DNA of 64,000 nt from Daphnia carinata (Eukaryota). The notes beneath the pieces were generated by a model. It searched no databases and was not told where the DNA came from. It saw only the letters and a list, made by a program, of their open reading frames with translations. A program made the translations under genes and the position numbers. The DNA lies in the NCBI RefSeq assembly GCF_022539665.2, contig NC_081331.1, positions 1,674,001-1,738,000 of the forward strand, written 5' to 3'. Position 1 is the stretch's first letter; each line of letters begins with the position of its first letter. Positions 26,652-37,900 of this stretch are shown here, piece after piece.

Positions 26652-29121
26652 ATGAGTAACTTTGTTTTTCATGTAGTGCCTGAATGGCTGATATTGCCCA
26701 ACAGTGTTATAGGATCTACATTAATGGTTGTTTTGCTGAGTCTTGTTGTTATTGTTTTGGTAAGGAGGATAAAATTTATTATACAAGTCAACAGAATACC
26801 GGGAATGCCTGGAGGGATAACTGTTATTGGCAATGTTTTCACCTTTCTAGTACCACCTGAAGGTAAAAAGTAGTTTTTTTATTTTCACTTTCAATCCTCA
26901 TAATTTTCGTTAATCTTTACTGCAAAATATAGAATTTCTCAACCGCTTAACTGGTTATGTAGCAGGCATGCAATCGTCTGGTCCAATTCTTCGCACTTGG
27001 ACCGGGCCGTTTGCGTTCTTTTTCTTGTTTACTGCAGAATCATTTGAGGTTAAGTTTGACCTTCGCCCATACTAATAAACGATTTTTTTTATCTATATCC
27101 AAATATTTGTTCGCAACCTTATAGCGATTGTATTCTTTGCCTGAAATACGAATTTGATATTTACTGTACATTCTTGTTTGTTATTAGGTGATATTAAGCA
27201 GCACTAAGTTAATTGACAAAAGCCGTGATTACAAAAATCTCCTGCCATGGCTAAATACAGGATTGCTCACAAGCACCGGTATCAAGTCAATCAAATAAGA
27301 AATAGTAATTAACACTGCAGATTAATTTTCATCTTCATTTATCATCTACAAATACAGGCAGCAAATGGTTTGCCCGACGAAAAATGCTTACAGCAGCGTT
27401 CCATTTTAAAATCTTGGAAGATTTCATTCAAGTATTTAACGAGCAGAGCCAAATTTTGATTCAAAAACTTAGCGCAGCTCTGGAAGTCAGGAATGACTTC
27501 GATATTTATCCTTTTATCACACTATGCACTCTTGACATTATATGTGGTAAGCTTATCGTTTAAATTTGATACTCCTGTTTCATCATTCATTTTCCGAAAA
27601 TTTGAATTATAGACACAGCAATGGGATGTAACATCCAGGCACAATCTCAAAGCAACAGTGAATATGTTAAAGCAGTTCAATCGTAACATATTTTAATTTC
27701 ATTACTTTTTTTAGTTGGTACCTTGTTCAGTATAATATATTGTTTGAATAAAGGATGCGGGAAATTGTGGCAGCAAGGCTGATTCGACCATGGATCCAGC
27801 CAGATTTCTTGTTTCGATTTTCCAACTATAGCGTAAACCAAAAGGAAGCTCTTAAGATTTTGCACGGTTTTACGGACGGTGTAAGTACATTTCCCCTGAG
27901 TGAATTTTTCTCTAGTCGTGTATGGTAGATGGCATAAAGCTTGACATCATGGGTTTAGGTAATTCGGAAAAGAAAATTAGAACGAGCAAGGTACAGCCTT
28001 GATAAAGATACGGCACTAACAAACCAACACCAGGAGGACGAGTTTTCTCCAAGTAAGTTAAAGAAGAAATTTTTGTTTGTGTCAACGCCGTTAGCTCCGA
28101 ATGAATTCCTTTGTAAAAAAAAAAATTACTTCAGAACATTTAATCTTATTACGTCAGGATGGTTGGCATAAATGCGTCTGTTATATTTATAGAAAAAAAA
28201 CGCCTAGCCCTTTTGGATCTCCTTATTGATGCTTCAAAAGACGGGGAAGTGCTTAGTGATACAGACATTCGTGAAGAAGTAGATACTTTCATGTTCGAAG
28301 TAAGCAAGCATCTTTTCGATTGTCGAAAACCAATCTCTAGAATTCAAAATTTTAAGGGTCATGACACAACAACTGCGTCTATCAGTTGGTCGCTGTTTCT
28401 CATAGGCAGTCATCCACACGTGCAGGTTGGTCATTGCCTAGGTTACGTTTCAGTTTAGTAACCTTTTGCCGATGCAGGGGCGAATTGATGAAGAGCTAGA
28501 CCGCGTTTTCGGTACTGAAGATCGTCCGGCTACGGCAGTAGATTTAAATGAACTCAAATATCTTGAGTGTTGCATCAAAGAAGCACTGCGCCTGTATCCC
28601 ATCGGTCCTATCATTGCCCGCAAACTCAGCGAGGACACCGTTATCCGTAAAAAAAGATTAATACTAGACGAAATTTTAAATTTAGCAATTCAATTTTGAA
28701 TTTTTGACATAGATGGTTACACTATACCAGCCCATACAACCGTGGCTCTTATGACGTATATCCTGCACAGGAATCCTGAACACTTTCCCGATCCCGAACT
28801 TTATCAGCCCGAGCGTTTCTTTGAAGAAAACAGTCAGCGGCGTCATCCTTACGCCTATGTTCCCTTTAGCGCAGGCCCACGTAATTGCATTGGTGGGTTG
28901 CCTTTGAATTTTTTCACAGCTTGTTTAATTTGCTAATACTTTCTGAAAAAGGTCAGAAATTCGCCTTAATGGAAGAGAAGGTGATTTTGAGCAGCATATT
29001 GCGAAAGTTTCACATCCAAGCACTGGACAGAAGAGAAGAATTGATCCTATTGAATGAGCTCATCCTGCGTCCTCGCGACGGAATCCGGCTTCGTTTAACG
29101 CCCAAACAAAAAATTTGTTAA
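26652..29121 (+). CDS. Cytochrome P450, CYP4 family (CYP4C/4V-like), 12 exons
   Basis: Exons 26652-26862, 26933-27048, 27188-27278, 27358-27546, 27613-27682, 27754-27880, 27959-28052, 28193-28299, 28357-28425, 28478-28646, 28713-28892 and 28952-29121. N-terminal TM anchor, WFARRKML (WxxxR), CYP4 signature [22 protein letters not shown] (ExxR), PERF, and heme motif [15 protein letters not shown]. Confidence 0.94.
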
Positions 29122-29639
29122 CTAAATTTGACTTGGTAACTAGTAAATATAAAACGGATAGAAACTTGGAGTTTTAGATGCTATTCCCTATTACACGTAA
29201 ACAATTTTGGTGTTCGTCAAATGTCCGATAACCAAAAGGTTTTTTGGTAATAACTTAATAGTATTGTGAACGTCGAGAGGATACTTAAAGGCGATGTAAT
29301 GGACTTTAGGCTTTGGTCATTTTGCTGTAATAGAGAAGTTGGACAGCGTTCACGTAAAACGGTAACAGGCTGAAATTGGTAAACCACCTAAAACTTATCA
29401 AACGATTTTCAGCTCTCCACTACAAGTAACATTGAAAAGCAGAATATTATTTTTCTGGGCGAAAAATAATCCTGCTTTCTGCAAGAGATTCTACGATGTA
29501 ATTTCCCGACGATTTTGATTCTCTCTGCATGACTGATATGAGCATCACAGACACCGTTTTTCAGCGATATTCCTCAATAGATGGGGTTTGCTGTAATAGG
29601 GATTCGACACAGGTTTCGAGGGGTTTCAGAAATGTTTCG

Positions 29640-31920
29640 TCGATTGTCCTTCGGTGTATTTCCAAAATAGTTCATTTAATGAAAAAAAAATAAAAATTTT
29701 ATTGGAATCAGCAATCACTTTTGAGTATATCCTGTGACACTCAACTTATTCCGCGGAGTGCCGGTTTTTGCAGAAAAAAATTTAAACCCGACTTTTCTTA
29801 TATTCGATATCATTCAAAAATGGCTAACTTGACAAGAAAACGAGGGGCATTTTCTGAATCAGCGTTAAATTTTGATTATACTGAGTGATTTTCATCGAAT
29901 TCCAAGTGATGTCATTTTTGGCCGATTTTTGACAAAAGTGGTAAGGCTATAGCCTTTGCACTTTTTCATTTTTGGCCAAATTTTAAATTTCGCTTAAAAT
30001 GCATGATTCTGATTCAGAATTCAATGCTTATTACGGAAATCAAATTTATTTTTCAATTGCTCTAATAGTTTTTTTAATTAAACGTAAAAAAATAAAAAAA
30101 TAAGAAAAGTCGGGCTTATTATTTAGTTGGGCTTATTGTTTAGTCGGGCTTATTATTTAGTCGGGCTTAAAAATTATTTCTGCAAAAACTGACACTCACC
30201 GGAATTGGTTCAATATCACAGGATTTACTCAAAATTGAATGCTGATTCTGGGAAAGTTGCAATTTTTTTCATTAAGCCAATCGTTTTAGAGATATACAGA
30301 ATATTTGACACAATGCTAGCGCGCCAGTACGCACCAGCGCAAGCGCGATGCAGCACAAATATTCAATGTATTTCAAAAACGGTTAGAACAATGAAAAAAT
30401 TAACGATATATTTGTGATTCTCATTTAATTTCGAATCAAATTCATATATTTTTATAGCTATAATAAGATGTTTTAAAAAATGAAAATCAAAATTAAGCCC
30501 AACAAAATAAGTCGGGCTTAATTTTGAGTATGCTGAAATTCAGCTTTGTAATTTTTTACATTAGGTTGATTTGAGTTAATCTAAAATAAAACACAGATTT
30601 CAGGGGAAATATTTATTTTCTCGTCAAACCAGCCGTTTTTGTAATAAATGGAATCAACGCGCTGCTGGCGCGCAAACATTTATCACCCGTTTTTTCCATT
30701 TATTAATGAAGATACAGCCTCAAAGTAAAAACAAACTTCATTTTTGTGATTCTCGTTCAATAATGAATCGGAGTCATGTATTTCTAATCCAATTTATATT
30801 TTGGCCAAAAATTAAAAAGTGAGAAGGCTATAGCCTTCCTACTTTTGTCAAAATCGGCAAAAAATAAAAACTCTTAGAATCTGATAAAAATCACACGGAA
30901 CAAGCGAAATTAAACGTTGATTTCGAAAAAGTGGCTTATTTTTTAGTCAAATCAATCGATTTTGAATTATACCGAATATTAAACGGAATGCTAGAGCGGC
31001 CGTACGACCAGCGCTAGCGAGATGCAGCCAAATATTCGGTGTATTTGCAAAACGGTTGTTCCAATGAAAAAATGAACAACATATGTGTGATTATCGTTTA
31101 ATTTCCAATCAAAGCCATGTATTTTTATAGCTATATCTATAAAAAAAGTCTTATCTAAAAATAAGCCCGAAAAAGTCGGGCTTAATTTTCGGTATGGCAG
31201 AAATTCAGTTTGTAATTTTAACATTAAACTTGATGTAAATTAATCTAAAATAAAACGCTGATGCCAGAAAAAATATTTGTTTTTTCGTTAAACCGGCCGT
31301 TTTTGTAATACATGGAGTTAACACGCTGCTGGACCGCCAGCACTTATCACCCGTTTTTTCCGTTTATTCAAAAAGCTATAAGGCCAACGTAAAAATAGAC
31401 TTCATTTTTGTGATTCTCGTTCAATTTTGAATCGGAATCATGTATTTAAAATGAAATCTAAGTTTGGGCCAAAAATGAAAAAGTGAGAAGGCTATAGCCT
31501 TCCCACTTTTGTCAAAATCCGCAAAACATAAAAACTCTTAGAATCCCGATAAAAATCACAAGTCACAAGCAAAATTAAACGCTGATTTCGACAAAGTGGT
31601 TTGTTTTAGTGTAAAATCAATGGTTTTTGAAATACATCGAATATTTAACACAATCACTACCGCGCCAGTACGCACCAGCGCTAGCGCGATGCAGCTCAAA
31701 TATTCGGTGTATTTCAAAAGCGGTTGACCTAATGGAAAGAAGAACGAGATATTTGTGATTTTCGTTTAATTTCGAATCAAAGTCATGTATTTGTATGGCT
31801 ATATCTAGATGTTAAAAAAAAAAAAAATGAAAAGTCGGGCTTATTTTTCTTGTCGGGCTTAATTTTTCTCCCGTTTTTTTAAAAAGCCAAAACCCAACAT
31901 AAAAACAAACTTCATTTTTT
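29640..31920. repeat. AT-rich foldback/palindromic array; ~167-bp spacing of symmetry centres and a ~665-670 bp higher-order unit (possible non-autonomous transposon or satellite)
   Basis: Palindrome AAGGCTATAGCCTT centred at ~29950, 30831 and 31495. GATGCAGC-containing GC core at ~30332, 31006 and 31672. TAAGCCC...GGGCTTA cores at ~30507 and 31173. Arms 29705-29792 and 30160-30248 are imperfect reverse complements. 31625-31646 and 31698-31719 match 21/22 as an inverted pair. Boundaries approximate. Confidence 0.85.
30109..30169 (+). repeat. 17-bp tandem minisatellite (GTCGGGCTTATTATTTA) x ~3.6
   Basis: Units start at 30109, 30126, 30143 and 30160; the second copy has two substitutions. Confidence 0.9.
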
Positions 31921-34900
31921 ACATGGTTCATGGTGTACTATATCAGTAATCTAGACAGAATTCTTATCGGGATATTTTTTACCTGATTTAAATCTCATTT
32001 TAATTTTTGAGGAATTTAATCATACGCGAATTATGCGAACACATTTTTTTGGAAACTTATATTGTGTGAAATTAAAACATTTGTTCTTTTGAGTACTTCT
32101 TCACACGTAACATGCGCTTTTCAACCCGACTGCCTTGTTGACTAACAAGCTATCGAATAAAGCCATTCTCCCCCCCACCCACAAAGCCTTTCAGGTAAAA
32201 TTTCGACAGTTGAATGGATCTTAGATCCTGGAGTGATTTTTCTTTGTAATTTTATCCGAGAAGGAAGATCACTTCCTTCATTCTTGGAAAATTAATGTGT
32301 TGTCATGGTACCATCGTCCCTAACATAAATAAGAACAGATGCATATATAATACTGCATTAACAAAGTGAATGGTGCTATGGTCCTTAACTCTATCCCTTC
32401 CTTTTGGAAAGCAAAGATTTATGTTTACTAAATACTTCAGAATTTACAACATTATAAGTTATAAAGAAACATAAGCTTTACACACCGAAAAGTTTTTCTA
32501 CAGCTCCTTTTACTACAGTCTATACAACTTCAATGCGTGTTGGAAAATGAAAATTAGCACATTAAAAAGGAGATTTCGTTACCCTGGTCATTGATTATTT
32601 CATTTCCTGCAGCAGTGCTTTATGAAATAAATTCATCGTGTGAAGATACAATAAATGTAAAGGAAATCTGTTAGCATCCACAAAATATTAATTGGTGATA
32701 CATTCATGTTGGCTATTTACCAGTCCATTGAAGCAAATGATACGTCATGAACAGCTTCCTTGACAACAAAAAAGAAAAAAAGGTAAACAGTAAGAAAATG
32801 CTAAACAGAAGGCGGTATTTGGAAACTGATGAATAGTTTCTATAGTTGGAATAAAACACATAAACATATTTGATGATTTATCTATATCCCTGTTTAGAAA
32901 AAGTTTCATGGGGTTCGACGCGTCCAACGAGTTTGAAACTGGTCATCATTTCAAGTCGGCGATGATGGCTAAGCGGACCTCCTGCATTCTTTACTAGATA
33001 TTAAGATTCAATGCATGTAGGTATATTCTTTATCGAGAAGCGCCAATATTGCGGATATAATTGGTAGATATCTCGCAGGCGTCCAGCGTCATTCCAACCA
33101 TTTTGCCAATCTTCTCATAAATCCCGTCAGCCAATAGTTTTCTTCTTTTTTTTTCAAGCAAATAAATTCAAGGAAGGCATTGGTTCAGTTTTTTGGCAAG
33201 TTCCTATAAGGATGTTCTCAACGCTGTAAGTAGGATAGACCAACAATTTTGGTCTCTACGTTTTTTTAGTTTTTACGCCATCGGTGATAGCGCAACTGAT
33301 TTGGGCTGTGGGATCCTCAATCTCTTCATTGCATGTTGGGAGTTATGACTTTTCCGTCAACCTGGTCGAAAGCTGTCGGTGCGTTCGAGGTTCGTGTCAT
33401 TGGCTTTGCGATTTCTCTAACACTGGTCGCCGTTGCCGCATACATGGAAATCCATCGAGACCAAGTCACGAATCTTTAAATCGTTTGTCCAATTTCGGAA
33501 AGTGATTAAACTATTCGTCTCTGCCTTAAAAGATGACAGCTCCGCTGAACGAATATAGCAGTTTTAATACACAACATTCAAAGGTCTTACATGAAATGTG
33601 TGCTGTGGCTTCATCAGCACGAACTCTTACAAATAATAGTTCCGAACAGCGACATGGTTACACGCAGAGATTCAACAAGAAGATGAAAGTGGGCGTTTGA
33701 AGCGGAGAAAGAGGAGTGCAAGCATGATGACGATTTGTAGAGCGGTAACCGCACCAAGACGTGCACTTTCCCGCTCCGACAATCCAGCACGGAAATAGTA
33801 TACTTAGAAACGGTTCAAATCTTTCTCTTTTTCTTTCTTCTTCAGGTGCATAGAATGGAGGACGAATATGGACAGGATCCAACTTTGTGATTTTTTGCCT
33901 TAAACTATTGGGAAAAAACCTAAAACTTTCCAGTGCCAATCAAGAGATGGAAACCGTGCAGTTCTGTACCCCATCATGCAACGTGACTATATGGTCTGCC
34001 GAGCAGGAAAATCTTCGAGCACGTGAAACTGTTTCCACGCTACGGCAAACTGACGTAATCACAGAATTCCGCTACCACACAGTAGGTCACCCACGATTGA
34101 CTGGTATGATTAAGCGTAGTCCTAGCATGTAGATCGTACATCATCACTGCTGTTTACATTTAACTTCGTGCAAAAAAAAAAATGAAGAACGAAAAAAAAA
34201 AATCTAAGAAAATAATAGGAAACAACGATCGCTTGGTTTTTCTACCGGATTGGAATGATGGAGTGTGATATGAACAACAACAACAAAATACCTGCATAAA
34301 TATGTTTAAAAAAAAAAAAACTTTCGCGGATGTAATAATACCAAAGGGTGTTTGCTCGAGCGCTGCATATATGATATACATGGAGTTCACGCAGCAATAC
34401 ACGGACGTCAGCGTTAAAGACCAGGTCTGTATGTCAGCTGTAAAACAGGAGAAAGCTGTGACAGCCCATATGGGGCGAGTTCCCGATAACCTTGCCTATA
34501 GCTCTCCTTTGCTACCAACAGCAGGTTGCAGTATTTTACCGTCCGATGGTTGTCGAATGACGTCAGGAGAAAATCACATTTCGTGTCTCCACCTTTCTTA
34601 GCTCCATAACGTTACAAAGGAATTTTTGCAGCATACAGTATTCATGGGCGTTACAATGAAATGGGAGCGTTCAGTTAGTACTAAACGTCACCAGTCCAAG
34701 GCCATTAACAGGGGCGAGTTACATTTTACAAAAGGTTCTCAACCGTTAATGCGTGCAGCTCACGTAACGATGGGCAGCGCAAAAGCAAGCAACGAGTGTT
34801 TCAAATCTCAAGTTGGGAAGAGTGCCTGTGGCAGGAATGTTTTCCTTTCACCGTCGATACTAGGGGGAAGGAAAACCGGAGTTTTCCTTGAATTGTTTTT

Positions 34901-37900
34901 AATAATCTAACCAGTTCTAATTCTTGAAGCTCAATTTCAGCATGTAATCACTGGTCGATAAACGATTGCAGGCACCATGTTTCTTCTCACCTACCAAAAA
35001 AAAAAAAATAGTAAACGCAGCTCCTCGAGCTTACCTGTTATCTATCCAGAGGCCGCAGTTTGCTGCCTTTGTGATGGATAAATACGCAAATAGCACGCAG
35101 CGATATAATGAAAAGAAAAAAGAATCTAAATCCATTATCCGGATAGAAAAACCCAACCTAACCGAACGATGATGATAAAGAGGGGAAAAAAAAGAAGAAG
35201 AAGAGATAAGATAAAAATCGAGACAGGTGCGGGCTGCACGATTAGAAAGTTAATAACCCAGGAAAATCATCTTTTCCATTTCTCATCATTTTTATACCGA
35301 TTTTCTTCCATCATCTTGTGTGTGCGGAAGACAAAGAGAAGAATATAGGGGAAAAGCTACAACTTTTAGAGAGGAGATGATAAAATGCTTGCAAAATGCA
35401 ATAATTCCCATCGCAGTAGGTCTGTGTGTCTAATAAGCATACGTACACGCCATCGGAGCGCACGTAACACGGCACCAAAAAGACAAACGCCCGGAACGGA
35501 TGACGTCAATCTGAACGATCAATATTTTAGGCAACTTTATTTCATTTTGGGATAGATAAGTAAATACTTGGCTGTGTCTACGTCTTGCGGATGTATATGG
35601 GGTTCATAACCCAATCGTTAACGACTGGACAATCTGTCGATGGGTTAAAAGATGAAGGAAGAAGAAAGAAAAAAAAACACACGCAAACGATTGTGGGGCT
35701 TTGACTTTTTTACACGCCGGTACCGCCGACAACGCACGCCGCGGCCATATAAATGTTGTGAGGAATAAACAGTCTGGCAGGCAGTTTTTCAAGAATGGAC
35801 TAGGAAAAAAAAAATTTATTTGCATATCAAAGTGGACACGCTGCCATGTCAATATATGCAAGAGACGACGAAGCGATGTCAACGTTTGTCGGAAGAAGAG
35901 AAAGAAGACTTTCACCTGTTTTCTATGTCAGCACAGATTTCGGAGGGGAAGACGAAAAAAAAAAGAACGAATAAGCAAACGTGAATAGCATGCCCTTTTT
36001 AAAAATTACATTCATTTTCTTTTCTAAATATATAAGCAGCGGTCGAATTCGAAAACCGAAGAGTCACGACATGATGACTACGAATGCCAAAAGACCTCCC
36101 CAAAATTTTGACACGACCAACAGGTGGAGACAGAATAAGGGTTTGACTTTTTCACAATTAGTCATCCTCTTTTTTTCCTACATTTTCAATGAATATGCAA
36201 ATAAATCAAAAAAGAAAAAAATAATATTTAAAGAATTTCAATTGCAATGCTGGTGGTGGAGTTAAAACGTGAAAGAAGTTTTTATTTATTTTTTTTTTAT
36301 TTTTTTACCATATCCACGATATTCGACACACACGGACTGCTTTCTCCACGACCAGCAAATATTCAAGTCACTTACATTAAACACGCAAAATCGTGAACAA
36401 CTTGAACGCTCCCCGCTAGCAATCCCACCCTACTTCTCGTTTTTGGCAAACAAGATTCGACACCAACCGCACGTTAAAGTCAACAATCCAATCTGAGATA
36501 TAGATAATATGGCATGGCAAAACAATAAGTGAAACACTATAGAGAGAGAGCTCAATAATTGAACTGGCATTTAGAAATCGATTAAGTCGTAACCGCGGTT
36601 GGTTTTGTTCTCCCATGTCGGATATGGGAATCAAAATGACAATACGTCGAACCCTTTCATACACATACTTTGTGGTCCAGTGATCGTTTTCTTCTCTTTG
36701 ATTGCCAGCAAACAGGCAGATAGAAACCGTGATATCATTGGGCGTGTTGTGGGAAATACCAAAGCATAAAATTATATTTGGAAAATTCAGTAAAAAAAAA
36801 CTTACCTTCTTTCTCGGTTTGCATGGGGCGTATAATAGAGCTTCATTGATAGAAAGCAAGCTGAAATCGACTAGAAGACCGTAATCAGACAACACGTCAC
36901 CTTTAGACTTTTTTCTGACGTCGTCTGACTATGTCAACGAGGACAATAACATTGGCCATCTATTGAGTCATGCAAACATCTACCGCTGTAAACTTAAATG
37001 CACTTCAGTTGTCGTCATGTGTTTAATGTGGTACGCTAAGATACATATATATATATAACAAAAATTGCATAATGCAGAATATTTAAAAAAAATCAAAAGT
37101 AACCGGTTATATCCTGGATCAAGAAGTCGAGGAAGAATTTGTTATCGCCTGTTACGAGTAGCTTTCTGATCGATTCTCTCTTTTCCCGTGGCGTGTGCAC
37201 ACAAGTGCGAAAGTGCTGTCGCTCCCAAAGAGGTGAAAGCACCGTTCGAACATGGCCAATGTCTTGACTGTCAGACTTGAAAATCGTAAAAATCACAAAG
37301 CGAAGAGGACCGGGACGAGCGGCAATCGTATACAGAGAGAGAGTGCAAGCAGTGCTACGTATACGGTACTGGGATGGCAGAAAATGAAAGGGACACTTCA
37401 GTATTTGTAGTTTCTTATTTTTTATTTTATGTGCTAGTAAGAGGATAAATATATGCATGCGGAGTATGAGTTGAGAAGAGCCTTTCTTTCACGCTCCTTT
37501 GTCATTCCTTTATATTTGGCCTGATAGCTTTACTTGACATTTAGCAGCCTGTATTAGAAAGCGGACTCATTTACGACAGCACGTAATAGACGTAGAACGC
37601 CGAACCGCTTTCGATGAACGCGCATGTATATTTTGGTTTTACTAAAGTTGTTTTATTTATTTTTTATTTTTTGTAAAAGAAAAATTTCAAGAAGGAGGAA
37701 CAAAACGAATGGAATGCGTGCCAAACACAAGTGAAGCTTTCCGCGGCCGTGCGCTTGACGAAATGAGTTACCTGACTGCACATTGTACAATATTTTGCTG
37801 GGCGTATACATACGATATTAGCTGATTGAATTACACGTAATGAACACACACACCGCTCAAGGGCGGTACGCACATTTGCATAATAATCGACGCCAATAAA

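Noticed and set aside
30109..30169. CRISPR-like reading of the short repeats
   Set aside because: The units are contiguous with no unique spacers, there are no cas genes, and the context is eukaryotic.
32580..33530. Possible decayed minus-strand gene (fragments such as EENYWLTGFMRRLAKWLE*RWTPARYLPIISAILALLDKEY, plus several splice-like signals)
   Set aside because: All frames contain multiple stops and need frameshifts. I could not build a phase-consistent model or recognise a family. A frameshift-tolerant BLASTX would settle it.
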